Source: Candidatus Nanoarchaeia archaeon
GTDB taxonomy: Archaea; Nanobdellota; Nanobdellia; SCGC-AAA011-G17; JACPNG01
Direction: 5' to 3'
Length of the DNA stretch: 43,283 bases
Assembly: GCA_030745695.1 (NCBI GenBank)
Contig: JASLOB010000014.1
Coordinates: 1 to 43,283 of the forward strand
Position numbers and translations under genes: made by a program. The notes beneath the pieces were generated by a model that saw only the letters and a program-made list of their open reading frames with translations, was not told the DNA's origin and searched no databases. The first letter of the stretch is position 1; every line of letters starts with the position of its first letter. Positions 1 through 8,395 of the stretch are shown one piece after another.

Positions 1-327
1 ATGTCAAGATTATCATTCTTAAACCTATTTAGTAAACTAAATAAATATAATAGGTTACATGAATTAAAAACTGAACTTGGAGTGATAGAATTCGTTCGTT
101 CATTAAAACCAGGAATTTATTGTCCTTCTGTTATAAATGACCCAAATAGATTTCCTCCTGAAGAGATAGGTAAATGTGAATATCCAAACATAGAATGTCC
201 TTATATGAAAGACGATAGAAAATGTGGATATAAAAAACATCCCATAGATGTCACAGATTGGTATGAAAAAGCATCAAAACCAAGATATAGTGAGAAAAAT
301 AGTCTTGAAAAAGAGCTCAATGAATAA
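1..327 (+). CDS. hypothetical Cys-rich protein (may extend upstream of the window)
   Basis: 108-aa track ORF with five Cys (CPS..C..C..C). No family motif recognised. The ATG sits on the window edge, so the true start is unknown. Confidence 0.4.
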   Translation: MSRLSFLNLFSKLNKYNRLHELKTELGVIEFVRSLKPGIYCPSVINDPNRFPPEEIGKCEYPNIECPYMKDDRKCGYKKHPIDVTDWYEKASKPRYSEKNSLEKELNE

Positions 328-367
328 GTTTAGTAAACCTTTTAAACCAAAATAAAAATAAAATAAA

Positions 368-862
368 ATGATACAAAGAACATTAGTCTTAATCAAACCA
401 GATGGTGTAAAAAGATCTTTAACAGGAGAGATTATTTCTAGATTTGAAAAAATTGGATTAAAGATTATTGGAATGAAGATGCAGTATATTGATAAAGAAT
501 TTGCTCAAAAACATTATACTGAAGATATTTCTAAAAGAAGAGGAGAAAAAGTTAGAAATAATTTATTATATTATATTGCTTCCGGACCAGTTATAGCAAT
601 TTGTTTAGAGGGGGTAGATGTTATTGAAATTATAAGAAAAATTGTAGGAGATACAGAACCAAAATCTGCTATTCCTGGAACTATAAGAGGAGACTATTCT
701 CATGTAAGCTATGGATATGCAGATGATAAAAATCTTCCAGTTAAAAATTTAATCCATGCTTCTGCAAATAAAGAAGATGCTAAAAATGAATTAAAATTAT
801 GGTTTGGAAAAAAAGAAATTCATGACTATAAAGTCGATCATGAAGAACATACTCTAAATTAA
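368..862 (+). CDS. ndk: nucleoside diphosphate kinase
   Basis: 164 aa. N-terminal TLVLIKPDG, catalytic His context NLIHAS, and typical NDK length. Confidence 0.9.
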   Translation: MIQRTLVLIKPDGVKRSLTGEIISRFEKIGLKIIGMKMQYIDKEFAQKHYTEDISKRRGEKVRNNLLYYIASGPVIAICLEGVDVIEIIRKIVGDTEPKSAIPGTIRGDYSHVSYGYADDKNLPVKNLIHASANKEDAKNELKLWFGKKEIHDYKVDHEEHTLN

Positions 863-1506
863 ATAAACCCATAATCAGGAAAATAAGTATATTTATATTC
901 TTCATATGCAATTAATGATTCATAATTGATAATACTTTCTGGAAAATGTCTTCTCAACCCAGTTAAAGTATCATGAATCTTTTCAGCATTATCAACACAT
1001 AAATAAATTAACACATTATATATTCCAACACACTTAACAGACCATAAAACATTCTTATTCATTGATAAAAATTGTTTTAATGTATTTTCTTTATCGTTAT
1101 TTAATCCATTCATTCTTAATAAAATACAATAGACATTATAATTTATAGAAGCATAGTTTATTACAGGAACAAATTTTAAAATTATGCCTCCTTCTATCAT
1201 TTTTTTAATCCTATAAGAAGTAGCATCATGAGAAAGTTTAATTTTTTTAGCTGTACTATAATAAGGAAGAATAGCCTCATCCGATAGTATACTTAAAACC
1301 TTTTTATCTTTATCATCTATCTTAACTTTTTCATTTTTAATTTTTAATTTCTTTTCTTTAAAATCTAAAAAACTTTTTGGAAAAATTCTTGCATTATAAG
1401 TTTTTGTTATAGCTAAAACTTCATAATCTTGTAAATATTCAGAACAATCTCCCAAAATTTTATCTAAGAATGTATCAGACAGTTCTATAACCTTGTATAA
1501 CTCCAC
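859..1506 (-). CDS. Lrp/AsnC-family transcriptional regulator (downstream module of a probably frameshifted longer gene)
   Basis: 215 aa from a GTG start. Internal AsnC-type HTH (DKKVLSILSDEAILPYYSTAKKIKLSHDATSYRIKKMIEGGII) followed by a RAM-like C-terminal domain. Confidence 0.6.
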   Translation of the reverse strand: MELYKVIELSDTFLDKILGDCSEYLQDYEVLAITKTYNARIFPKSFLDFKEKKLKIKNEKVKIDDKDKKVLSILSDEAILPYYSTAKKIKLSHDATSYRIKKMIEGGIILKFVPVINYASINYNVYCILLRMNGLNNDKENTLKQFLSMNKNVLWSVKCVGIYNVLIYLCVDNAEKIHDTLTGLRRHFPESIINYESLIAYEEYKYTYFPDYGFI

Positions 1507-1679
1507 TTTTAGTTAGATTATTAACTCTATAACTAATTGCATCTCTTGATAACCCAACTTCTTTAGAAATTTGAGTACTAGACATTCTAGAATTTTGAGA
1601 CAATAAATGTAAAAAATTTTTTATCTTTTAGATCTAACTTTACTTTCTTATCTACTTTAGTCTGTTGTAAATATCTCAT
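1475..1679 (-). pseudogene. out-of-frame N-terminal Lrp/AsnC HTH fragments belonging to the gene at 859-1506
   Basis: Hand translation gives MRYLQQTKVDKKVKLDLKDKK in one frame (ATG at 1679). The next frame gives ..LHLLSQNSRMSSTQISKEVGLSRDAISYRVNNLTKSGVIQGYRTV, ending at TGA 1475-1477. Joined, these spell a canonical LDxxDxxIL...GVIxGY HTH. The frames switch at the A6T6 run 1611-1622 and near 1478. Confidence 0.55.
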
Positions 1680-1761
1680 GATTAGTTTAATTCTTAACTT
1701 GTATATAATATTTACGAAAAAAGTGAGATATTTAGTAGAATCCTTCTTATATTTAAAATTA

Positions 1762-2202
1762 TTATAAATGATATTCTTTATTTAATCTTTCTTTTGCTAA
1801 ATTTATATTCTTAGCAGATTCTCTTAAATTTTCTATAGTTATATTTACTTCATCTTTTAATTGATCTAATAATGTATCAAAATTATCAGCTTTTAATAGA
1901 TAACCTTCTTTTCTTGATACAACTAATCCTGAATCTATTAATTTGTCCATATGATGTATTACTGTAGCCCTACTTAAATTAGATCTATCAGCGATATTAT
2001 CACTTGATAATAAATGATCATGATTTGAGGCTTTTATTAATTCTAAAAATATTCTAAAACAAGATTTTTCTTTATCCCTATCATTAAACAACCCTAAACT
2101 ATCAGAAAAAAATTGAAATTCTTCATTAACATCCATATTTCTTGGCTTTCTATATCTTGTTACTTTAATACTAAATTCTTTTATCATCTTATTAATAATC
2201 AT
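1762..2202 (-). CDS. winged-helix (ArsR/TrmB-like) transcriptional regulator, divergent from grpE-dnaK
   Basis: 146 aa. HTH segment SNLSRATVIHHMDKLIDSGLVV with a coiled C-terminus. Divergent position suggests a chaperone-operon regulator; that part is inference. Confidence 0.55.
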   Translation of the reverse strand: MIINKMIKEFSIKVTRYRKPRNMDVNEEFQFFSDSLGLFNDRDKEKSCFRIFLELIKASNHDHLLSSDNIADRSNLSRATVIHHMDKLIDSGLVVSRKEGYLLKADNFDTLLDQLKDEVNITIENLRESAKNINLAKERLNKEYHL

Positions 2203-2313
2203 AAGTTATTTAAATAAATTTTGGTTATTCTTATACTAAATTATACAAATCTTTATAAATGAGTAGTTTTTAACCTAAACTTGTTGATTTAAAGTCAACT
2301 AAAAAGAAAAGGC

Positions 2314-2342
2314 TAGGCTCTTTAGACACCTCAAAGAGCTTA
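2314..2342 (+). promoter_or_regulatory. GC-rich hairpin in the grpE-dnaK upstream region
   Basis: TAGGCTCTTT / AAAGAGCTTA stem of about 10 bp (one G-U) around a 9-nt loop, about 65 nt upstream of the grpE ATG. A TATA-like TTTATAAAT lies at 2252-2260. Confidence 0.3.
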
Positions 2343-2405
2343 CAAGAATGAGTAATAGGTTCGCCTCTTTTTCCTATTATTCCTTGTGATACAAACCTTA
2401 AGAAA

Positions 2406-2870
2406 ATGGCAAAAAAAACAAAGAAAGATACAGAAACAAAAGAATTAATTGAAAAGATGCAAAGATTGCAAGCTGAATTTGATAATTATAAGAAATATTT
2501 AGATAAGGAAAAGCAAGAATTTGTTAGATATGCTAATCATGAATTACTATTAAAATTATTAAATATTGCAGATAGTTTTGAGTTAGCTCTTAAAAGTAAA
2601 GAAGAAAATAAAGATTTTATTAAAGGAATAGAATTAATTTATGCTCAACTTTTTTCATTATTAGAGAAAGAAGGATTAATAAAAATAAAAACTAAAGGAG
2701 AAAAATTAAATCCTGAACTTCATGAAGTTATGTTAACAGAAAATGGTAATGAAGATAATATAATTCTAGAAGAGATACAAAGTGGATATATGATTAATGA
2801 TAAAGTATTGAGATGTGCAAAAGTAAAAGTAAGTAAACAACTGGACGGAAAAGATGAACATAGAAGATAG
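2406..2870 (+). CDS. grpE: nucleotide exchange factor GrpE
   Basis: 154 aa. Coiled N-terminus followed by HELLLKLLNIADSFELAL and a GrpE-like C-terminal beta domain. Lies just upstream of dnaK. Confidence 0.85.
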   Translation: MAKKTKKDTETKELIEKMQRLQAEFDNYKKYLDKEKQEFVRYANHELLLKLLNIADSFELALKSKEENKDFIKGIELIYAQLFSLLEKEGLIKIKTKGEKLNPELHEVMLTENGNEDNIILEEIQSGYMINDKVLRCAKVKVSKQLDGKDEHRR

Positions 2871-3117
2871 GTTATATGGTATAAAACTTGAAGCTCAAGC
2901 AGACGCTATATTTGAAAAAGCAAACTATAGTTATAATAGAGTGGAAGAAACTGAAGATGTCTCACAAAAACTAGAATATCTTGAATATGCAGAAAAATTA
3001 TATATTGCAATATTAAGAAAATGGAGAGATAATCATAGAAATAATCAAAGAGAAATAGGTAAAAAAATTAGATCAATTAAATCAATTAGAAAAGAGTTAG
3101 GAGGACAAAATGAGTAA
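2854..3117 (+). CDS. hypothetical small helical protein between grpE and dnaK
   Basis: 87-aa ORF that overlaps the grpE 3' end by 17 nt and the dnaK start by 8 nt. No motif recognised. Confidence 0.4.
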   Translation: MNIEDRLYGIKLEAQADAIFEKANYSYNRVEETEDVSQKLEYLEYAEKLYIAILRKWRDNHRNNQREIGKKIRSIKSIRKELGGQNE

Positions 3118-4969
3118 AATATTAGGAATAGATTTAGGAACATCAAATTCAGCAGCTGCTATAATCCAAGCTGGAAGACCAACAATAGTACCAAGTGCAG
3201 AAGGTGCATCATTATATGGAAAAGCATTTCCAAGTGTTGTAGCATTTAATAATGGATCAGTATTAGTAGGAGAACCAGCTAAAAGACAAGCAGTTTCAAA
3301 CCCAAAAAATACAATAATGGCTGCAAAAAGAAAAATGGGTTCAGGTTTTAAATATGAAATAGATAATAAAGAATACACTCCTCAACAAATTTCTGCTTTT
3401 ATTCTACAAAAAATAAAGAAAGATGCAGAAGAATTTTTAGGGGAAAAAATAGAAAAAGCAGTTGTTACAGTTCCTGCTTATTTTGATGATGATCAAAGAC
3501 AAGCAACAAAAGATGCAGGAAAAATAGCTGGGTTGGATGTTGTAAGAATAATTAATGAACCAACAGCTGCATCTTTAGCTTATGGATTAGATAAAAAAGA
3601 AAAAGAACAAAAGATTTTAGTATTTGATTTTGGTGGTGGAACATTAGATGTAACAATAATGGAGTTTGGGGATGGAGTTTTTGAAGTTAAATCTACTTCT
3701 GGAGATACGCAATTAGGTGGAACAGATATGGATGAAACAATAATGAAACATATTCTTGAAAATTTCCAAAAAGAAACAGGAATAGATGTAAATGATGATC
3801 CAACTGCTCTTCAAAGAGTAAGAGAAGCTGCAGAAAAAGCTAAAATTGAATTGTCTACTACATTAGAAACTGATGTTAATCTACCATTTATCTCTGCAAC
3901 AGATAAAGGTCCTAAACATTTAAACATGAAGTTAACAAGAGCAGAACTAGAAAGATTAGTTGATTCAACTGTTAATAAATGTAAGAAAGCTTTAGAACAA
4001 TCATTAAAAGATTCTAAATTAACTAGTAAAGATATTGATAAAGTAATTTTAGTTGGTGGACCTACAAGAATGCCAATTGTAAGAAAATTTGTAGAAGATT
4101 TTATTGGAAAAGAATCTGAAAGAGGGGTAGATCCAATGGAATGTGTTGCAAATGGTGCAGCAGTACAAGGAGGAGTGTTAGCTGGAGATGTTAAAGATGT
4201 ATTATTATTAGATGTTACACCATTAACATTAGGAATAGAAACATTAGGTGGAATAAAAACTCAATTAATTGAGAGAAATACTACAATTCCAACTAAAAAA
4301 TCTCAAGTTTTCTCAACAGCAACAGATAATCAGCCAGCTGTAACTATTAATGTATTACAAGGAGAAAGAGAGATGGCTTCCGATAACAAAAGTTTAGGAA
4401 GATTTGAATTAACAGGATTGCCTCCAGCTCCTAGAGGGGTTCCTCAAATTGAGGTTGCATTTGACATAGATGCTAATGGAATTATTAATGTTAATGCAAA
4501 AGATATGGGAACTGGAAAAGAACAAACAATTAAGATTACTGCATCTCAAAAATTAGATGAGAAAGAAGTAGAAAAAATGAAGAAAGATGCTGAAAAATAT
4601 GCTGAAGAAGATAAAAAAAGAAAAGAAGACATTGAAGTAAGAAATAACGCAGACACTACTATATACACTACTGAAAAAATGATCAAAGATCAAGGTGACA
4701 AAATAGATAGAGAAACTAAAGATAAGATAGAAAAAGAAATTAATGAATTAAAAGAAACAGTAAAAGAAAATAATACAGAAAAAATAAAAGCTAAATTAGA
4801 AGAGGTTAACAAAGTAGCTCAAGAAATTGGTACAAAAATGTATCAAGAAGCTATGAAAGAACAACAAGAAAAGGCTAAAACAGAAGATAAAAAAGAAACT
4901 AAAGATAAAGAAAAAGTAGTTGACGCTGAAGTTGTTGATGAAAAAGAAGGAAAGAAAGAAAAAAAATAA
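3110..4969 (+). CDS. dnaK: molecular chaperone DnaK (Hsp70)
   Basis: 619 aa with Hsp70 signatures [18 protein letters not shown] and [11 protein letters not shown], plus a K/E-rich C-terminal tail. Confidence 0.97.
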   Translation: MSKILGIDLGTSNSAAAIIQAGRPTIVPSAEGASLYGKAFPSVVAFNNGSVLVGEPAKRQAVSNPKNTIMAAKRKMGSGFKYEIDNKEYTPQQISAFILQKIKKDAEEFLGEKIEKAVVTVPAYFDDDQRQATKDAGKIAGLDVVRIINEPTAASLAYGLDKKEKEQKILVFDFGGGTLDVTIMEFGDGVFEVKSTSGDTQLGGTDMDETIMKHILENFQKETGIDVNDDPTALQRVREAAEKAKIELSTTLETDVNLPFISATDKGPKHLNMKLTRAELERLVDSTVNKCKKALEQSLKDSKLTSKDIDKVILVGGPTRMPIVRKFVEDFIGKESERGVDPMECVANGAAVQGGVLAGDVKDVLLLDVTPLTLGIETLGGIKTQLIERNTTIPTKKSQVFSTATDNQPAVTINVLQGEREMASDNKSLGRFELTGLPPAPRGVPQIEVAFDIDANGIINVNAKDMGTGKEQTIKITASQKLDEKEVEKMKKDAEKYAEEDKKRKEDIEVRNNADTTIYTTEKMIKDQGDKIDRETKDKIEKEINELKETVKENNTEKIKAKLEEVNKVAQEIGTKMYQEAMKEQQEKAKTEDKKETKDKEKVVDAEVVDEKEGKKEKK

Positions 4970-5006
4970 TTTAATGTAGTAATAAAAAATCATAGTAACG
5001 AAGAAA

Positions 5007-5696
5007 ATGAATTTGGAGAGAAAAGCATTAAAAAATGGAAATAAAAAACAAGCTTTTATTATAAGAACTATAAACAAAGTAGGTAATTCTTTTTTAGGTA
5101 CTCCAACTGAATTAAGGATTATTGGAGGATATAAAGAAGGAAAAACCCAACTTGAACTTACAGAAGAATTTCTTCAAGAAGTAATTAAAAAATATGGCCT
5201 TGATGTAGCTAAACCAGTTGCATTTTATATCATTAAACATTCGGATAATCTAACAAATGAACAAAGAAATGAATTAAGATATGATCATTGTAGGAATGGT
5301 GGGAAAAAAGCCCATAGACTAAGAATGGGAGTGCACGGAATGAGTGCAAATAAAAGAAGAAGTATAGGAAAAGATGTTTATGAATTAGGATTAGGAATAC
5401 ATGGATTGACAAAAGAAGAAAAAAGTAAGAATGCTAGAGAAGGTGCTAGAAATTCTGCAAAATCTAGAGGACAACATCCTTGGAATGATATACCTTGTAG
5501 AGAAGATTTTGTTGAAGGTGAGAATAAAATAGATATGCCTGAAATAGCTTATGCTTATAATCAAAGACTAGATAAGATCCCTTTATCCCAAGTGATAGAT
5601 GATATAAATGAAAAATGGAATTATAATAGAAACAATAGATCATTGATAAATGCACTATATAGATTTAGAGAATCACTTGATGGTCAACAAAAATAA
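5007..5696 (+). CDS. hypothetical basic protein occupying the position where dnaJ is often found
   Basis: 229 aa with no HPD J-domain motif. Internal repeated motif GVHGMSANKRR / GIHGLTKEEKS followed by Gly/Arg-rich segments. Confidence 0.5.
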   Translation: MNLERKALKNGNKKQAFIIRTINKVGNSFLGTPTELRIIGGYKEGKTQLELTEEFLQEVIKKYGLDVAKPVAFYIIKHSDNLTNEQRNELRYDHCRNGGKKAHRLRMGVHGMSANKRRSIGKDVYELGLGIHGLTKEEKSKNAREGARNSAKSRGQHPWNDIPCREDFVEGENKIDMPEIAYAYNQRLDKIPLSQVIDDINEKWNYNRNNRSLINALYRFRESLDGQQK

Positions 5697-5850
5697 ATGA
5701 AAAATATAATAAATTATATCATAATGGGGCTGAAGTTAGGTATGGTGTCTCAGTATCAGGTGCTTTGCATAGATTCAGAAATAGAGGCTAAGTTTCAAAA
5801 TAATAATTACAAATGGATACCATTTTATATCTAAATAATTTCTAGATTAA

Positions 5851-6483
5851 GTGAAAAAAGAGATATTAAAATTAATATTGATAGTATCGTTAATTTTTAT
5901 AATAGGTTGTACACAAAATATAGATAACATAATCATATGTAACTCACCCTATATTAAATCTTCTTTTGGTTGTTGTTTAGATAAAAATAATAATCTTATT
6001 TGTGATAGAGAAGAAGATCAAGAAGAAATTAAAAAATCTTTAGAAGAAGTTATAGTTAATGTTATACAAAAACCTAGAGAAGAGATTATTGAAAGACAAA
6101 AAAACTTAGAAAAATTAAGATCGGCACATAAATTTTGTAATCAAGATTTAGATTATAATTTCATGGAAATTTGTAGAGTTAGTGGTGATAAATTTAGATT
6201 ACTTGTTGCTAATGAAGGAAAAATAAATATAAGGAGATTCAAAGGAGAATTTATTATGATAGATAATTTCATTGTGGATAGATTATTATATTTTGATTCG
6301 GGAGTGGGGGAAGGGATAAGATTTAGAGATAGAGAATCAGATACTATATTTTTAGGAGAGGAGCCTATAGCAATAAGGATAACTCCAATCATAGTAGAAA
6401 ATGGAACAATAATAACTTGTTCAAAAAAATCACAAAAAATAGGAAATGTTTACTCTCCACTTAAAATGGAATTTTGTAGATGA
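5851..6483 (+). CDS. putative lipoprotein
   Basis: 210 aa from a GTG start. N-terminal signal peptide ends in the lipobox-like FIIGC. Confidence 0.55.
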   Translation: MKKEILKLILIVSLIFIIGCTQNIDNIIICNSPYIKSSFGCCLDKNNNLICDREEDQEEIKKSLEEVIVNVIQKPREEIIERQKNLEKLRSAHKFCNQDLDYNFMEICRVSGDKFRLLVANEGKINIRRFKGEFIMIDNFIVDRLLYFDSGVGEGIRFRDRESDTIFLGEEPIAIRITPIIVENGTIITCSKKSQKIGNVYSPLKMEFCR

Positions 6484-6484
6484 A

Positions 6485-6504
6485 TTCTTCCCCACGGCCG
6501 GATT
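6485..6504. repeat. 20-bp direct repeat identical to the tRNA-Tyr 3' end (att-like, distal copy)
   Basis: TTCTTCCCCACGGCCGGATT is identical to 12535-12554. It is a GC-rich 20-mer in AT-rich DNA. Confidence 0.8.
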
Positions 6505-6567
6505 GATACTTGGAGTTCAATCCCTATGGGTTGTTTAGATTAAATTTTAATAGTAAGTATTAAATAT

Positions 6568-7089
6568 TTATATTTTAAAATCCTTATGAACTTGTGAAGG
6601 TTTTGGGCCAATACTATTTTGATATTTTCCATGATATAAAACTATTTTTCCTTTTGGAACCCAGAAGCTTATTTGTCCAATCAACATTCCAGGATATAAT
6701 TTTATATTTTTAGTTGCATACAACTGAAAAGTTACGTTTCCTATAGAACCTAGGTCAATTAAATCAGCAGTAATATGTACAAATAAACCTAATCTTGCTA
6801 TTCCTGATTTGGCATGTATTAATGGTACTAATTTTTTACTTCCTACTATTTCTTTACTATGTCCTAAAATAAAATCTCCTTTTTTTAATAATAATCCTTT
6901 TTTTGGTATTTTTTTAATTTTATATTTATTTTCTATTGCAGGATCTAAAATTTTATTAATATAAGTTAAATATTCACTTCCTAATGTTAAATCATAAGAA
7001 TTTGTAGTAATATTTTTATGATTAAATGGTTTAATAATAATATTTCCTTTTCTGACTTGTTTTTTTATTTCTTCTCCAGTTAGTATCAT
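6568..7089 (-). CDS. dCTP deaminase/dUTPase-superfamily protein with catalytic Glu replaced by Gln
   Basis: 173 aa. MILTGEEI N-terminus, AKSGIARLGL (compare GRSSLARLGL), IDLGSIGNVTFQL (compare IDPGWSGCIVLEF) and GMLIGQISFW. Confidence 0.7.
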   Translation of the reverse strand: MILTGEEIKKQVRKGNIIIKPFNHKNITTNSYDLTLGSEYLTYINKILDPAIENKYKIKKIPKKGLLLKKGDFILGHSKEIVGSKKLVPLIHAKSGIARLGLFVHITADLIDLGSIGNVTFQLYATKNIKLYPGMLIGQISFWVPKGKIVLYHGKYQNSIGPKPSQVHKDFKI

Positions 7090-7595
7090 TTTAATCCTCT
7101 TAACTTAGATTGTTTAGGTTTATTATATTTTGAATAACTTTTTCTGTAAGGGATTATGTTGCCATAGTTATCCCAAAAAGAAATTTGTCCTATGATCATA
7201 TTTGGATAAATCCTAAGTGATTTTGCAGAGACCAATTCTAAGGTCCAAGAATGTTTAGAACCAGTATGCCCTAGATTTGCTGATACTTGTAAAAACAATC
7301 CCAACCTCCCTAATGAACTTCTACCAATTAGACTCATAGCATACTTTTTGCTACCAAGGATTTCATATGTGCTTGCTAGATATATTTGATGAGGTTTAAG
7401 AACAAAACCTTTCTTAGGAATTTTTTCCTTTTTCATTCTACTTTTAGAAAAAACAACTATTTCTTCTCCTATTCTATAATTATAACTATTAGGATTTATT
7501 TGATTTTTATTGAAAGGAGTGATAGTTATATTTGATTTTTTAATCTCTTTTATTATTTCATCTCCTGTCAATATCACTTTAGAACAACTCCACAT
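7086..7595 (-). CDS. dcd: dCTP deaminase-like protein
   Basis: 169 aa with GRSSLGRLGL, WTLEL (catalytic Glu kept) and NMIIGQISFW. An alternative GTG start at 7577 would give VILTGDEI and remove the overlap with the upstream gene. Confidence 0.75.
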   Translation of the reverse strand: MWSCSKVILTGDEIIKEIKKSNITITPFNKNQINPNSYNYRIGEEIVVFSKSRMKKEKIPKKGFVLKPHQIYLASTYEILGSKKYAMSLIGRSSLGRLGLFLQVSANLGHTGSKHSWTLELVSAKSLRIYPNMIIGQISFWDNYGNIIPYRKSYSKYNKPKQSKLRGLK

Positions 7596-8394
7596 ACCTC
7601 TTAGGATAGATACTTTTCCTATATCTCAACACTAAAACAGTATAACCTTGGTATGGTCTTAGGCTATTAGACATCTTCTTAATTTCTAATAGCCGATTAT
7701 ACATAGAATCGTATAATTCTTTACTATCAATTTTTTTCTCTTTACAAACTCTTTGAATTGTGCTATGACAATAATGTTCTAATTCCTCATCAGTTTCTTG
7801 TAATAGGTCATTTCTTTCTTCGTATAATATCTCAAGACCTTTATACATTTTGGTTATATTCTTATATGAATCTATAGTCGGAAGAATATCAAAAACTTTT
7901 TCAAATTTAGAAATCAAACTTTCAGGGATTGGTGATTTAATATAAAATGGTGAAGCTAAAATAAATCCTCCCTCTTCTAAATATCCAATACATTTTTTTA
8001 ACATTTCTTCAGGTCTAGGAAAAAACTTTAATGATGCCCCAAGAATAATATGTGTGAATTTTTCCTTTGTTTCGAACTTATAACCATCTTCTACAGAATA
8101 ATCAATTTTAATTTTAGAGGCATATTCCTTTTTATTTTCAATTGCTGCTTCCACAGATTTTTTGGAGATATCAAATGCTTTTCCTTTACAATCACTTATT
8201 AATGCCAACTCTCTTGAAGAAAAACCAGTAGAACATGCTACTTCTAAGATATTAGAATCTTTATTCAAATTAGAAAAGACTTTCCATTTAGACAGAGTAT
8301 TAAATGAGCCAGGAAGAACATTCCATTGATTGATAAAACCAACAAAATCAGTATAAGACATTTTCTCAATATCTTCAATTGTTGTCTCTTCCAT
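7579..8394 (-). CDS. class I SAM-dependent methyltransferase
   Basis: 271 aa. Motif I-like ILEVACSTGFSS followed by an acidic residue (AFD), with a Rossmann-type layout. Confidence 0.7.
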   Translation of the reverse strand: MEETTIEDIEKMSYTDFVGFINQWNVLPGSFNTLSKWKVFSNLNKDSNILEVACSTGFSSRELALISDCKGKAFDISKKSVEAAIENKKEYASKIKIDYSVEDGYKFETKEKFTHIILGASLKFFPRPEEMLKKCIGYLEEGGFILASPFYIKSPIPESLISKFEKVFDILPTIDSYKNITKMYKGLEILYEERNDLLQETDEELEHYCHSTIQRVCKEKKIDSKELYDSMYNRLLEIKKMSNSLRPYQGYTVLVLRYRKSIYPKRYVELF

Positions 8395-8395
8395 T

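Noticed and set aside
3097-3378. Antisense or shadow ORFs inside well-supported genes: 3097-3378, 4796-5077, 5464-5655, 6153-6392, 9165-9479, 12434-12616, 16861-17097, 20839-21084, 21133-21315, 21350-21655, 21418-21603, 23681-23887, 24752-25021, 28146-28334, 29917-30123, 30788-30994, 31115-31312, 32950-33219, 35438-36025, 35463-35666, 36811-37116, 37255-37491, 39051-39368, 39124-39378 and 42575-42793.
   Set aside because: Each lies opposite or out of frame within an ORF that has clear family motifs, or within the tRNA. Their translations are low-complexity Phe/Leu/Ser/Ile strings typical of the reverse frames of K/E-rich, AT-rich genes.
5728-5791. A short frame ending ..SGALHRFRNRG-stop echoes the C-terminus of the preceding 229-aa protein (..INALYRFRESLDG).
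   Set aside because: Only about 8 residues (24 nt) of similarity. That is too short to separate a paralogue remnant from chance.
6505-6535. GGAGTTCAATCCC next to the left repeat looks like a T-loop, suggesting a second tRNA or split-tRNA half.
   Set aside because: The flanking bases do not form a T-stem on either strand (GGAG versus TCCC). No D arm, anticodon arm or acceptor stem can be built around it.
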